Positions 1 to 11,138 of a stretch of 59,871 nt of DNA are shown here, piece after piece (the stretch's first letter is position 1; each line of letters begins with the position of its first letter). A program made the position numbers and the translations under genes. The notes beneath the pieces were generated by a model. The model saw only the letters and a program-made list of their open reading frames with translations. It was not told where the DNA came from and did no database searches. Source of the stretch: a bacterium (lineage in GTDB: Bacteria > SZUA-182 > DTGQ01 > JAFGSM01); the NCBI GenBank assembly GCA_049472315.1, contig JBLIRN010000018.1:1-59871 (forward strand), read 5' to 3'.

Positions 1-2
1 CC

Positions 3-278
3 TACCATCATTTCGACATGGCCTGCATGCGGGCGGTGGAGAACCGGGTGTGGCTGGTCAGGGCCGCCAATACCGGCATATCCGCGATTGTCGACCCGTG
101 GGGAAGGGTGATCCGCAGGGGGGGGATCTTTGAACGGTTGGTCATCGAAGGGGAGATCTGCACCAGTCCACTGACGAGTCTGTATGTAGCCACTGGTGAC
201 CTTTTTGCCTGGGTGTGTCTTTTTTTCGGTTTCGTATGGTGCGTGATGATCATTCACAAGGGATTGAAGGGGGTGTGA
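3..278 (+). CDS. lnt: Apolipoprotein N-acyltransferase, C-terminal part (runs off the left edge)
   Basis: RAVENRVWLVRAANTGISAIVDPWG motif, a C-terminal TM helix, and the usual position upstream of prfB. Confidence 0.9.
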   Translation, partial: YHHFDMACMRAVENRVWLVRAANTGISAIVDPWGRVIRRGGIFERLVIEGEICTSPLTSLYVATGDLFAWVCLFFGFVWCVMIIHKGLKGV

Positions 279-282
279 GCGA

Positions 283-1372
283 ATGTTCGAGGATCAGGGT
301 CGTCGTTTTGAGGAGTTGTCGAGCGGATTGGATGCACTCAGGAGGCATCTTTGACCTTGACGGGAAGCGGGAACGGGTCAAGGCAATCGATGAGATCATC
401 GCCCTGCCGGATTTCTGGTCCGATCAGGAACAGGCACAGCGGCTCCTCCAGGAGCGCGCCTCGCTGACGGAATGGATCGAGGCGATCGAGCAGGAGGAAA
501 AGAGGGTCGAGGACATCAGGGTGATGATCGAGTTGGGCGAGGAGGACCCCTCCTTTCTGCAGGAGGCCGAAAGTCACCTCAAACAGGAAGAGGATGCCAT
601 ATATGACCTGGAGATTCGCGTACTTCTTTCAAAGGATCGGGATCGGAACAACGCGATCGTTTCCATCCATTCCGGCGCCGGGGGCACGGAGTCACAGGAC
701 TGGGCGGAGATGCTTCTGCGAATGTACACCCGGTGGCTTGAGGAGAAGGGATTCCAGGTGAAGGTCGTGGATATCCTGCCCGGCCAGGAGGCCGGGATCA
801 AGAGCGTGGAATTCATGGCCCTGGGCCCCTATGCGTACGGATACCTGAAGGGGGAATCCGGGGTGCATCGGCTGGTGCGTATATCCCCGTTTGATGCAAG
901 CGGGAGGCGGCACACCTCGTTCGCCTCCGTATTCGTCTACCCCGAGGTGGATGAGGACATCGAGATAGAGATCGACGAGAAGGAGCTGCGGATCGACACC
1001 TATCGATCGAGCGGTGCCGGGGGACAGCACGTGAACGTGACCGATTCGGCCGTGCGCATCACCCACCTGCCCACCAATATCGTGGTCTCGTGCCAGAACG
1101 AACGCTCGCAGCATCAAAACAAGGACATGGCCATGAAGATCCTCCGCTCGCGCCTCTATGACCTGAAGATTGAGGAACAGCAGAAGGAGATCGACCAGAT
1201 AAACGCGGGGAAGAAGGAGATCGCCTGGGGAAGCCAGATACGCTCATACGTGTTTCAGCCCTACCAAATGGTGAAGGACCACCGCACCGGGGTGGAGACC
1301 GGGAATGTGAATGCGGTCATGGACGGCGAGATCGATCCCTTTATCGAGGCATACCTCAAATGGCAGTCGTAA
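283..1372 (+). CDS. prfB: Peptide chain release factor 2, expressed via a +1 programmed frameshift
   Basis: ATG at 283 reads [23 protein letters not shown] then TGA; the +1 frame continues DLDGKR and contains the SPF and GAGGQ motifs. Confidence 0.96.
340..355 (+). promoter_or_regulatory. prfB +1 frameshift cassette
   Basis: AGGAGG-CAT-CTT-TGA-C, the canonical internal SD, slippery Leu codon and UGAC. Confidence 0.96.
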
Positions 1373-1490
1373 CGGCCTGAGCGATACCCAGCCCACCAAT
1401 TCGAATCCGAACCGTTAGGCCGGAGGTGTGCGCAGCCATGCTTGCTCCGCTTTCGGTTCTCCAACCCGGATTTTCATGTTTTCATCATTT

Positions 1491-1519
1491 TTGACGATTA
1501 ATAAATTATAGGTTACTAT
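1491..1519 (+). promoter_or_regulatory. sigma70-type promoter of the hicB-hicA cassette
   Basis: TTGACG-N17-TACTAT, followed by the palindrome TTAAATTTAA (possible operator). Confidence 0.6.
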
Positions 1520-1594
1520 ATTATTAAATTTAACATATTATCCTTTTTGTTTTTAGTGAGAGATTCTAAGATATGATTGATTGGGAGCCAGCTC

Positions 1595-1897
1595 ATGAAG
1601 GATAAAATACCCGTAAAAATTAAAGGGAAAATTCCCGTGAGTTTTTTTAAAGAAGGAAGGATGTTCGTAGCATACTCTACCGTTTTAGACCTTTCCACGT
1701 GTGGCGAAACATTTGAAGAGGCGAAGAAAAATTTCACTGAAGCCTTGAGCATTTTTATTGAAGAATGTATTAGAATGGGGACCCTAGTTGAAGTCCTGGA
1801 ATCCTATGGATGGGAAAAAATAGGAAAATCATGGCAACCGCCGGCCTACATTGGTCATGAAGATGTACCAATACCTCTCCAACACTCACGTTCATAA
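1595..1897 (+). CDS. hicB: HicB-family antitoxin
   Basis: LDLSTCGETFEEAKKNFTEAL HicB signature; GGGAG SD before ATG 1595; low GC. Confidence 0.85.
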   Translation: MKDKIPVKIKGKIPVSFFKEGRMFVAYSTVLDLSTCGETFEEAKKNFTEALSIFIEECIRMGTLVEVLESYGWEKIGKSWQPPAYIGHEDVPIPLQHSRS

Positions 1898-2076
1898 TGA
1901 GTAAATTAGGCCCAATCCATCATACCAAACTTGAAAAATTTGCAGAATATGTGGGATGTGTTTTCATAAGGCAAGAAAGTAGCCATAAGGAGGTGCCCCT
2001 GTTTGTTATACAAAATATCCTAAGGCAGCTTAAAATTTCACGAGATGAATATCTTCAAATATTAGAGAAACTCTAG
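1897..2076 (+). pseudogene. hicA: HicA-like toxin, 59 aa, with an apparent internal in-frame deletion (absent from the ORF track)
   Basis: TAATG coupling to hicB; translates as MSKLGPIHHTKLEKFAEYVGCVFIRQESSHKEVPLFVIQNILRQLKISRDEYLQILEKL; HicA-like N- and C-helices are present but the strands after SH seem missing. Confidence 0.7.
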
Positions 2077-2450
2077 CCAACTAATTATTTCTAAAAGGGC
2101 ATACGGGATTCAACATACATAGCGAAGCACGGATTGATGCTAATTTACTCCCCTGTTGCCCTCCAATCTCAAGTGAATCCATGGCATCCTGCGGAGGGAT
2201 CGATAGCCCAGCCTTGTGGGAGGTTATGCATTGGCCCGCGAGTAACGTTTTCACCCAGCCCCGGTTCCCATGGTAGGTAATGGATACCTTCTAAATTGCG
2301 TGGTATTCTTTCACGTATCCGGCAATTGCATTCATGACCGTCAGCACTTATAATAGCGTAACCTTTACAGGCATAGTGGGTAATGGAGTAGCTTTGTAAG
2401 GACAGGGGTATGCGCCGGTGTGCCTGTGGACGAATACTGCAGCCTGTCGG

Positions 2451-2542
2451 CGGAGCGAGCCATACAGGTAATTGCAGGGAGTAACATTAGCAGCTCCGCT
2501 TCGCGCCGCCTGACAAAGTTTTGTTGGCGTATCTCCTGTCCG
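2451..2542 (+). repeat. Dispersed REP/MITE-like element, long copy A
   Basis: GAGCGAGCCATACAGGTAA...GTAACATTAGCAGCTCCGCTTCGCGCCGCCTGACAAAGTTTTGTTGGCG aligns with the copies at 38896 and 42666. Confidence 0.8.
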
Positions 2543-2600
2543 GAAGAGATTCTGAAGTCTACGCGATTCAATCCATGCGCAGGGATGAGTGAGATCAACG

Positions 2601-4091
2601 ATGTCTGAATTCGATTTACAGCGCCAACACCGGTTGGACAAGATAGAGGAATTGAGAAAGGCAGGGGGGAATCCCTATCCCAACGACTTCCGTCCCTCTG
2701 CGGGAATCCCCGAGGTCATCGAAAAATACGGCTCCATAGGGGAGGGGGAGGAATCCGCAGAGACGGTTGCCGTAGCCGGGAGGCTGGTTGCCAAGCGGGG
2801 TCACGGCAAGACCTGTTTCGCCCACATCATTGGCAATGGGGCCCGGCTCCAGATATATGCGCGAAGGGATCTCATCGGGGATGAGCAGTTTGCGGGGTTT
2901 GAATCCCTCGATATTGGAGACATCATCGGGGTCAGCGGGAGCATCTTCAGGACGCGCACCGGTGAGCTGACCCTGATGATCAAGAGATGCGCCCTTCTTG
3001 CAAAATCGCTGCGTCCCCTGCCGGAAAAATGGCACGGGCTCAAGGATGTTGAAACGCGGTATCGTCAACGCTACTTGGATCTTTTGACCAATCCGCAGAC
3101 CCGGGAGGTTTTCCTCATGCGCAGCAGGATCATCCGGGCGATGAGGGAATTCTTCGATCAACGTGGATTCATGGAGGTGGAGACCCCCATGATGCAGCCC
3201 CTGCCGGGGGGAGCAGCGGCGCGCCCCTTCAAGACCCATCACCATACCCTGGACCTCGACCTGTACCTGAGGATCGCGCCTGAGCTCTATCTCAAAAGGT
3301 TGGTGGTGGGGGGATTCGAACGGGTCTACGAATTGAATCGCAACTTTCGCAACGAGGGGATATCCACGGAGCACAACCCGGAGTTTACCATGCTGGAATT
3401 CTACATGGCCTATGCCGACTACCGGGACCTCATGACCTTCACCGAGGAGCTTTTCGGTTCGCTTGCCCGGGGGATAAAGGGATGCCTGGCCTGGGAATAT
3501 CAGGGGGTCAGGCTCGATTTCACCCCTCCCTGGCAGCGATACACCCTGCGGGAGGCCCTCTGCGCATTGAGTGACCTTACCGAGAGGGACCTTCAGGACA
3601 GGTCCCTCCTGGTCAAACGATATGTTGCGGAAAACCCGGGGATCGATGTAAAGGCCGCCCAAAGGGAGGCACACGGCAGACTGCTCATGAAGCTCTTCGA
3701 GACCCTGGTGGAACCGAGGCTCATGCAGCCGACGTTTATCACGGATTTCCCCAAGGAGGTGTCGCCCCTTGCCCGTTCAAAGGATGCGGACCCTGACGTG
3801 GTGGAGCGGTTCGAGCTCTACGTGGCGGGCAAGGAGCTGGCGAACGCCTTCAGCGAGCTGAACGATCCGGTGGATCAAAGGGAGCGGTTCCTTCGCCAGG
3901 TGGAGGATGCCGACGAGGAGGGGATGGTGAAGCGGGTGGATGAGGACTACGTACATGCCCTCGAATACGGTCTCCCTCCTACCGCCGGCGAAGGAATCGG
4001 GATTGATCGCCTTGCCATGGTATTTGCCGATGCATCGTCGATTCGTGATGTCATCCTGTTCCCCCAACTGAGAGAGGTTCAAAGGCCGTAA
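2601..4091 (+). CDS. lysS: Lysine--tRNA ligase (class II)
   Basis: OB fold, LRPLPEKWHGL, YLRIAPELYLKRL, FRNEG and GIGIDRL motifs. Confidence 0.98.
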   Translation: MSEFDLQRQHRLDKIEELRKAGGNPYPNDFRPSAGIPEVIEKYGSIGEGEESAETVAVAGRLVAKRGHGKTCFAHIIGNGARLQIYARRDLIGDEQFAGFESLDIGDIIGVSGSIFRTRTGELTLMIKRCALLAKSLRPLPEKWHGLKDVETRYRQRYLDLLTNPQTREVFLMRSRIIRAMREFFDQRGFMEVETPMMQPLPGGAAARPFKTHHHTLDLDLYLRIAPELYLKRLVVGGFERVYELNRNFRNEGISTEHNPEFTMLEFYMAYADYRDLMTFTEELFGSLARGIKGCLAWEYQGVRLDFTPPWQRYTLREALCALSDLTERDLQDRSLLVKRYVAENPGIDVKAAQREAHGRLLMKLFETLVEPRLMQPTFITDFPKEVSPLARSKDADPDVVERFELYVAGKELANAFSELNDPVDQRERFLRQVEDADEEGMVKRVDEDYVHALEYGLPPTAGEGIGIDRLAMVFADASSIRDVILFPQLREVQRP

Positions 4092-4092
4092 C

Positions 4093-5322
4093 ATGGCCAT
4101 GCCCTACGAACTCTTTATCGCCCTTCGCTATCTGAAGGCAAAACGGAAACAGACCGTCATCTCTATCGTCACCGTCATATCCATGGCCGGGGTGGCGCTC
4201 GGGGTGATGGCCCTCATCATCGTGCTCGCGGTGATGACCGGCTTTCAGAACGACATGCGGGACAAGATCCTGGAGACCAACGCCCACGTGATCGTGTTGA
4301 GCCATGAATCACAGGGGATCGAGGGGTATGAGGCGATTATGCAGAACATCGGGGAGGTGCCGGGGGTGCGTGCGGTGGCCCCGTTTATTTACAGCCAGGT
4401 CATGCTCTCCTCATCCAGAAACGCCATGGGGGTGGTGCTGCGGGGCATCGATCCCGCCATGGAGGTGCAGGTGACCCGGCTGTCGGAGAATATGGTCGAT
4501 GGTGAGGTTGCGGACCTGGCCGACGGTGCTGAGGAGGGCATCATCATAGGAAAGGAGCTTGCCACCAGCCTGGGCGTGTACCAGGGGCAGGAGATCACCG
4601 TCATATCCCCGGTGGGGAGGCTGACCCCGATGGGGAACGTGCCCCGGATGAAAAAGCTCCGGGTCGCCGGCATATTCGACTCCGGGATGTACGAATATGA
4701 TACCGGCCTTGCCTATGTCTCCCTGGAGACGGCCCGGGATTTTTTCAGTCTGGGCCCGGTGGTGACCGGGTTCCAGGTGAAGGTCGACGACATCTTCAAT
4801 GCCCGGGAGATCAGCCGGAGGGTCCAGGATGCGCTGGGCTTTCCCTTCTTCACCCGCGACTGGATGGAGATGAACAAGAACCTCTTTTCCGCGCTCAAAT
4901 TGGAAAAACTCGCCATGTTCATCATCCTCGTTCTCATCATCCTGGTGGCGGCCTTCAATATCATCAGCACCCTTGTCATGATGGTGCTCGAAAAACACAA
5001 GGACATCGGCATCCTGAAATCCATGGGTGCGTCACGAAGGAGCATCATGGTCATATTTCTCCTCCAGGGATTGACCATAGGGGTCGTGGGCACATTCGCG
5101 GGGCTGGCCGGGGGAATCGCGGCATGTTGGATCGCCGACACCTATCACCTCATAAAGCTCCAGGCGGATATCTACTATATCAGCTATCTCTCCTTTACCA
5201 TGCAGCCCATGGATGTGTTCCTGGTCTCCGCGGCCTCCATACTGATAAGTATCGCCGCCACCTTGTATCCCGCATGGCAGGCATCACAGCTTGATCCTGC
5301 CGAGGCCCTCAGATATGAATAA
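4093..5322 (+). CDS. lolE: Lipoprotein-releasing ABC transporter permease (LolC/E)
   Basis: IALRYL N-terminus, 4 TM segments, IGILKSMGA motif, PAEALRYE C-terminus. Confidence 0.93.
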   Translation: MAMPYELFIALRYLKAKRKQTVISIVTVISMAGVALGVMALIIVLAVMTGFQNDMRDKILETNAHVIVLSHESQGIEGYEAIMQNIGEVPGVRAVAPFIYSQVMLSSSRNAMGVVLRGIDPAMEVQVTRLSENMVDGEVADLADGAEEGIIIGKELATSLGVYQGQEITVISPVGRLTPMGNVPRMKKLRVAGIFDSGMYEYDTGLAYVSLETARDFFSLGPVVTGFQVKVDDIFNAREISRRVQDALGFPFFTRDWMEMNKNLFSALKLEKLAMFIILVLIILVAAFNIISTLVMMVLEKHKDIGILKSMGASRRSIMVIFLLQGLTIGVVGTFAGLAGGIAACWIADTYHLIKLQADIYYISYLSFTMQPMDVFLVSAASILISIAATLYPAWQASQLDPAEALRYE

Positions 5323-6001
5323 CAGCGTCCCCCTGATACAGCTTAAGGATATCCACAAGTCCTATCCCATGGGATCGGGATGCGTGGATGTCTTGAAGGG
5401 TATTGACCTGATGCTTCAACAGGGGGGGACCATGGCCGTGGTCGGCGCCTCCGGCGCCGGAAAGAGCACCCTTTTGCATATCATCGGCGCCCTTGATAGA
5501 CCCAGCAAAGGGCGATATCATTACAAGGGAATGGAGGTCTTCGGCCTCTCGGACAGAAAGATGGCCCGGTTCAGAAACCGGACGATCGGGTTCGTGTTTC
5601 AGTTCCATCACCTGCTGCCGGAGTTCACCGCGCTGGAGAACACCATGATACCCCTGATGATCGCAGGGACATTGGTACGCAGGGAGATCGAGGAGAGGGC
5701 GCGGGGGCTTCTTGTGGAGGTGGGGCTGGAACACCGGGAATCGCACCGGCCCTCAGAGCTCTCCGGGGGTGAGCAGCAACGGGTCGCCATCGCCCGCGCC
5801 CTGGTCAACGAGCCGGAGCTTCTCCTGGCGGACGAGCCCACGGGAAATCTGGATACGAAAACGAGCGAGTCCGTGTTCGATCTCATGATACGGCTCAATG
5901 AAAAGAAGGGGATGAGCATGCTCGTGGTCACCCACAACAGGGAATTGGCAGGCCGCGCTGCATGGCAACTCAGGCTTCAAGATGGTATGATTGTGGATTG
6001 A
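5315..6001 (+). CDS. lolD: Lipoprotein-releasing ABC transporter ATPase
   Basis: GASGAGKST, GFVFQFHHLL, LSGGEQQR and DEPTGNLD motifs. Confidence 0.93.
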   Translation: MNNSVPLIQLKDIHKSYPMGSGCVDVLKGIDLMLQQGGTMAVVGASGAGKSTLLHIIGALDRPSKGRYHYKGMEVFGLSDRKMARFRNRTIGFVFQFHHLLPEFTALENTMIPLMIAGTLVRREIEERARGLLVEVGLEHRESHRPSELSGGEQQRVAIARALVNEPELLLADEPTGNLDTKTSESVFDLMIRLNEKKGMSMLVVTHNRELAGRAAWQLRLQDGMIVD

Positions 6002-6166
6002 TTTTTGCATCTATTGTCATATAATAAAAATAGAAATACGTTCACAACGGATGTTGTGTGGCATAAGACCAATTGGTAACAGCGTGGTTGTAGTATACAG
6101 GGTACACGCCGGCTCCATAATTCGTATGCCCTATATGCAATAAAATAGTCATTCGAGGTTTGCATT

Positions 6167-8641
6167 ATGTTTGAGCGTTTCACAGAGAGGGCAAAGCGCA
6201 CCATCGTTCTTGCACGAGAAGAGGCGATACGAGTCAAGAACCCCTATTTGGGTACTGAACATATCCTGCTCGGTCTCATCCGCAAGGAGGACGGGACCGC
6301 TGTTGAGGTTTTGAAGAAGGTGGGATTGGACCTGAGGGAGATCCGCTTCGAGGTGGAGAGAAGGATTTCGCATCAGTTCCAGAGAAAGATCGAGAACCAG
6401 GTGGAGATCCCTTTTACCAACCGCGCCAAAAAGGTCCTGGAACTGGCCATTGAAGAGGCCAACATGATGGGTCACGACCGCATCGGCACCGGCCATCTCC
6501 TCATCGGACTGATCAAGGAAGGGGAGGGGATTGCCTCGCTGGTGTTGGAGGATCTTCGGGTCGATGTCGGCGAGGTGCGCCGGGAGGTCGTCAACATGGT
6601 CCATATGGGCCAGCAGGAGGTGAAACCGGACATAAAAACGGAGACCCTCGACGAATTCGGCAGGGATATCACCAAGCTCGCCCTGCAGGGAAAGCTCGAT
6701 CCGGTCATCGGGCGGGAGAATGAGATCGAGCGGCTCATCCAGATACTCAGCCGCAGGACCAAGAACAACCCGGTACTCATCGGTGAGCCCGGGGTGGGCA
6801 AGACGGCGATCGTGGAAGGACTCGCCCAGAGGATCGCCGACCGCTCCATTCCCATCTTTCTTGCCAGCAAGAGGATCGTGGGCCTCGACCTGGGCCTGCT
6901 TGTGGCGGGCACGAAATACCGGGGGCAATTCGAGGAACGGATGAAGGCGATCATGCAGGAGATCGTGGAGGCGAAAAACGTCGTCCTGTTCATCGACGAG
7001 CTTCATACCCTTATCGGCGCGGGTGCCGCGGAGGGTTCCATCGATGCCTCCAACATGCTCAAGCCCGCCCTCTCCCGCGGTGAGATCCAGGTAATCGGTG
7101 CGACCACGCTGCGCGAGTACAAAAAGCATATAGAGAAGGACGGCGCCCTGGAACGGCGCTTTCAGACGCTTATGGTGGCCCCTCCCACCCTGGAGGAAAC
7201 CATCCAGATCATCAGGGGGTTGCGGTGCAGATACGAGGCGCATCACCATGTCGTGTTCAACGAAGAGTCGATCGTTCAGGCAGCCAGGCTTTCCGACCGG
7301 TATATCACCGACCGCTACCTGCCCGACAAGGCAATCGATGTACTCGATGAGGCGGGATCGCGCGCCAGGCTGAAGAATGCTGAATTCCCCCCGGTGCTCA
7401 AGGACCTTCAAAAGGATCTTATAAAGGTCAGGGAGTCCAAGGATGAGGCCATAAAGTCCCAGGAATACGAAAAGGCCGCGCAACTCAGGGACAAGGAGCG
7501 GAAGCTCCGGATGGAACTGGAGGAGAAGAACCGGTTCTGGCAAGAAGAGCAGAAGATGAAGCGGGTGGTGGTCAAAGAGGATGATGTGGCGAACGTGGTG
7601 TCCAAATGGACGGGGGTGCCGGTTTTCAAGATGGGGGAGGAGGAATCGGAAAAACTCCTCCACATCGAGGAGGAGCTCCACAAGAAGCTGATCGGACAGG
7701 ACGAGGCGATCAAGGCGGTGTCCCGGGCGATCAAGCGATCGCGTGCAGGGGTGAAGAATCCCAACCGGCCCATAGGCTCCTTCATATTCCTCGGCCCCAC
7801 CGGGGTGGGAAAGACCGAGCTTGCCCGGTGTCTTGCGGAATATCTGTTCGGGAGCCAGAATGCATTGATCCGCATCGATATGTCCGAATACACCGAAAAG
7901 TTCGCCGTCTCCCGGCTGGTGGGTGCGCCGCCCGGGTATGTCGGCTATGAGGAGGGCGGCCAGCTCACCGAACGGGTGAGGCGCAGGCCCTATTCCGTGG
8001 TCCTCATCGATGAGATCGAAAAGGCCCATCCCGAGGTCTTCAACATACTCCTGCAGGTATTGGAGGACGGCCATCTGACCGACAGCAGCGGCAGGTTCGT
8101 CGATTTCAAAAACGTCGTCGTGATCATGACCTCGAATGTGGCAGCCAAGCATATCGAGAAGAGGGTGAGCGTGGGCTTCAATCCCCAGGACGATGAAATC
8201 AAGGCCTACGAGAGCATGAAACAGCTCGTCATGAGCGAGATAAAGCACACCTTCAACCCGGAGTTCCTGAACAGGGTGGACGAGCTCATCGTGTTTCATT
8301 CCCTGGAAAAGGAGCACCTCAGGCTGATCATCCACCTCCTGATCGATCAGGTGAATATCCAACTGCAGGACAGGGATATGGTGATCGAGCTTTCCCAGGA
8401 GGCGGAAGAGTGGCTCCTGGAGAAGGGGTATCAGCCCAAATACGGTGCCAGACCCCTCAAGCGGTGCATCCAGCGATATGTGGAGGATGCGCTGTCAGAG
8501 TATCTTATCAAGGGTAAATTCAAGGAAGGCGACCGTATCCACGTTTCGGTAAAGGACGCCGACCTGGTAATGACCCGCAAGGGCAAGAAGGTAAAGGAAG
8601 AGATCGTCGCCGGCAAGGCTGGGTGGGTAGACAAGGAATGA
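6167..8641 (+). CDS. clpC: ATP-dependent Clp protease ATPase ClpC
   Basis: MFERFTE Clp-N repeats, two AAA+ domains, UVR-type middle domain (YEKAAQLRD), VGF ClpP-docking loop. Confidence 0.95.
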   Translation: MFERFTERAKRTIVLAREEAIRVKNPYLGTEHILLGLIRKEDGTAVEVLKKVGLDLREIRFEVERRISHQFQRKIENQVEIPFTNRAKKVLELAIEEANMMGHDRIGTGHLLIGLIKEGEGIASLVLEDLRVDVGEVRREVVNMVHMGQQEVKPDIKTETLDEFGRDITKLALQGKLDPVIGRENEIERLIQILSRRTKNNPVLIGEPGVGKTAIVEGLAQRIADRSIPIFLASKRIVGLDLGLLVAGTKYRGQFEERMKAIMQEIVEAKNVVLFIDELHTLIGAGAAEGSIDASNMLKPALSRGEIQVIGATTLREYKKHIEKDGALERRFQTLMVAPPTLEETIQIIRGLRCRYEAHHHVVFNEESIVQAARLSDRYITDRYLPDKAIDVLDEAGSRARLKNAEFPPVLKDLQKDLIKVRESKDEAIKSQEYEKAAQLRDKERKLRMELEEKNRFWQEEQKMKRVVVKEDDVANVVSKWTGVPVFKMGEEESEKLLHIEEELHKKLIGQDEAIKAVSRAIKRSRAGVKNPNRPIGSFIFLGPTGVGKTELARCLAEYLFGSQNALIRIDMSEYTEKFAVSRLVGAPPGYVGYEEGGQLTERVRRRPYSVVLIDEIEKAHPEVFNILLQVLEDGHLTDSSGRFVDFKNVVVIMTSNVAAKHIEKRVSVGFNPQDDEIKAYESMKQLVMSEIKHTFNPEFLNRVDELIVFHSLEKEHLRLIIHLLIDQVNIQLQDRDMVIELSQEAEEWLLEKGYQPKYGARPLKRCIQRYVEDALSEYLIKGKFKEGDRIHVSVKDADLVMTRKGKKVKEEIVAGKAGWVDKE

Positions 8642-8681
8642 AGCGCCTGCACATGGGAATGATGCGGGAAAGATTGACGAG

Positions 8682-10982
8682 ATGCTGACGCGCACGCGGG
8701 CCATCCCTTGTGCCTTTCTTCTCATCCTGTTTCTGGCCGGTTTCGTCGAGGGTGCCCAGCAGGGCATTCCGGTGCGGGCCATAGAGATCAGGGGCAACCG
8801 GATCATTGAAGAGGCCACCATCCGGCACCAGATTCGAACCAAGGTAGGAACTCCCTTCTCACCTTTCCTCGTTCGCAAGGACATCGCCAATATCTATACG
8901 ATCGGGTACATCGACGATATACGCGTGGAATCGGAACCCTTCGAGGGCGGGATACGGCTCATCTATTGGGTCAGGGAAAAGCCCTGGATCAAGGGGATCA
9001 TCTTTGAGGGAAATGAGGAGGTAAAGGATGATACCCTTAAGGAGAAGCTCGGCGTAAAGGAAAAGACCTTCCTGGACAAGGGGGCCATCGCCCAGGGGAT
9101 CACCGCGCTCATGCAGCATTATCAGGGCGAGGGGTTCTATCTTGCCGTGATCGATTACCGGATCGAAGAGGTGGAGGAGGGGTGGGTCAATCTTCATGTC
9201 GTCATCCAGGAGGGCAAGAAGGTAAGGATCCGCAGGGTCGTCTTTTCCGGCAACGAGCATTTCAGTGACAGGAACTTGCGCAAACAGATCACCACGAAGC
9301 CGCACGGTCTTTTTTCGTTTCTCACGAAAAAGGGGTTTCTCAACAGGGATGTGCTGGAGGAAGACCGCATACGGTTGCAGAACTTCTACCTGGACCATGG
9401 CTTTATCCACTGTCAGATTTCCTCTCCCACGGTGGAATTCGACGAGCATCGTCGATACCTCACCGTTACCTTTCCTATCGAGGAAGGGGAACGGTACACC
9501 GTGAAAGAGGTCTCCGTTACGGGCAACAATATCCTCACCACCGAGGCCCTGCAGGAGATGCTCCTGGTCAAACCCGGCGATGTGTATTCCCGGTCGGAGA
9601 TCAGCAGGGACATCACGCGCATCACGGATGCCTATGGAGAAAAGGGGTACCTCACCTCGGAGGTGTTCCCTGGAGTCGTCGAGGATGCAGCGGCTCGCAC
9701 CGTTTCCGTTGCCTATAAGGTCCGGGAGGGGTCCCCTTCGTTCCTGCGATGGATCGACATCTCCGGGAACACCAAGACCAGGGACAAGGTCGTCCGCAGG
9801 GAGATGCTCGTGAAGGAGGGGGATTTGCTTGATACCGGACGGATGCGGGAAAGTTACCGGAGGATCCGCACCCTCGGTTTTTTCGAGGAGATGGATCTGA
9901 AAACCTCGCCCACCCGGGTGGAGAACCAGTTTGATCTCGAGATAACGATGGCGGAACGGCTCACCGGGCAGATCAGCCTGGGTGCGGGATACAGCTCGGA
10001 GGAGCATGTGGTGGGGACCTTCGAAATCACGCAGGGCAACCTTTTCGGCCGGGGCCAGCGATTGTCCGCCTCCGCCGAGATGGGCGGGGAGCGGCAGACG
10101 TACAATATCAGCTTCACCGAGCCCTATTTCATGGACAAGCCCCTGCTCACCGGGTTCAGGCTCTATTACGATATCAAGGAATACGACCGGTACACCCGCA
10201 GTTCGCGGGGTGGTGACGTGCATTTCGGCTTTCCCCTTCCCCTGAATTTCCGCTATTACACGGAGTATACCTATGAAAAGGTGAATATATATGACATCGA
10301 CCCGGTTATCCTCGACAAGAAGGGCTCGACAGAGGAACTCACCCTGTTCGAGAGGAGCCTCCTGGATGCCGAGGGGCTCACCTATTCCAGCAGCCTGCTG
10401 GTCGCCTTCTCGCGGGATACCCGAGACGACCGGTTCCGCCCCACCACGGGATCCATGAATCGACTCGCCTTCAAGTATGCAGGGGGGTTCCTGGGAGGGG
10501 ACAACTGGTTCTATACCGCCAACATGGACAGCGGCTGGTATGCGCCCTTGCCCTGGTGGAAGTTCGTGCTGGCCCTGCACGGCAACCTTGCCTATGCAAG
10601 CGGTCACGGCGGGAGGGATCTCCCCGTGTTTGAGCGGCTCTACTGCGGTGGGACCAATACCGTCAGGGGCTACCAGCAGCGCAGCATCGGTCCGCTGGAC
10701 CGGGACGACAATCCCACCGGGGGAAACAAGAGGGCGGTGTTCAATCTGGAGGCGCACTTCCCCATCTACGAGGCAATGGGTGGGCTGGTCTTCTTCGATG
10801 CGGGCAATGTCTTCGACGAGGAGACCCACCTGTTCGCCCATTCCCTCCGAATGAGCGTGGGCGTGGGGATGCGGATCTTCACCCCGATCGGACCCATGCG
10901 TCTTGATTGGGGACATAAGCTGTTGAGAAGGCCGGACGAGACGGCGGCGGATTGGCACTTTGCCATCGGCACCTATTTCTGA
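8682..10982 (+). CDS. bamA: Outer membrane protein assembly factor BamA
   Basis: Signal peptide, POTRA repeats (GNTKTRDKVVRRE), VRGY motif, terminal Phe. Confidence 0.96.
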   Translation: MLTRTRAIPCAFLLILFLAGFVEGAQQGIPVRAIEIRGNRIIEEATIRHQIRTKVGTPFSPFLVRKDIANIYTIGYIDDIRVESEPFEGGIRLIYWVREKPWIKGIIFEGNEEVKDDTLKEKLGVKEKTFLDKGAIAQGITALMQHYQGEGFYLAVIDYRIEEVEEGWVNLHVVIQEGKKVRIRRVVFSGNEHFSDRNLRKQITTKPHGLFSFLTKKGFLNRDVLEEDRIRLQNFYLDHGFIHCQISSPTVEFDEHRRYLTVTFPIEEGERYTVKEVSVTGNNILTTEALQEMLLVKPGDVYSRSEISRDITRITDAYGEKGYLTSEVFPGVVEDAAARTVSVAYKVREGSPSFLRWIDISGNTKTRDKVVRREMLVKEGDLLDTGRMRESYRRIRTLGFFEEMDLKTSPTRVENQFDLEITMAERLTGQISLGAGYSSEEHVVGTFEITQGNLFGRGQRLSASAEMGGERQTYNISFTEPYFMDKPLLTGFRLYYDIKEYDRYTRSSRGGDVHFGFPLPLNFRYYTEYTYEKVNIYDIDPVILDKKGSTEELTLFERSLLDAEGLTYSSSLLVAFSRDTRDDRFRPTTGSMNRLAFKYAGGFLGGDNWFYTANMDSGWYAPLPWWKFVLALHGNLAYASGHGGRDLPVFERLYCGGTNTVRGYQQRSIGPLDRDDNPTGGNKRAVFNLEAHFPIYEAMGGLVFFDAGNVFDEETHLFAHSLRMSVGVGMRIFTPIGPMRLDWGHKLLRRPDETAADWHFAIGTYF

Positions 10983-11041
10983 GAGAATCATCCGGACGGT
11001 TTGACCGCCCGTGGGACCACAACAACAACTATCATGGAAAC

Positions 11042-11088
11042 GCAATTGCTCACTATGGTGAGGGGAGGGGAATGCATCCCCCTCCCCT
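11042..11088 (-). repeat. REP-like hairpin unit, inverted relative to the 44634 copy
   Basis: GCAATTGCTCACTATGGTGAGGGGAGGGG...CCCCTCCCCT resembles the reverse complement of 44634-44679 (GTAATTGCTCAGTATCGTATGGGAAGGGGG...CCCCCTTCCCAT). Confidence 0.65.
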
Positions 11089-11138
11089 ATTCGAGGTTTT
11101 TGGGCAGTTGCAATGAAACGCAAGAAAGAGAGGGGAGC

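Noticed and set aside
2348..2641. Short ORFs upstream of lysS
   Set aside because: No SD or motifs, and they overlap repeat copy A
6149..11123. Long antisense ORFs 6149-8362 and 8859-11123 (also 46340-48028, 57558-59066, 17081-18475)
   Set aside because: Shadow frames opposite well-supported genes, expected from GC-rich codon bias; no recognisable motifs
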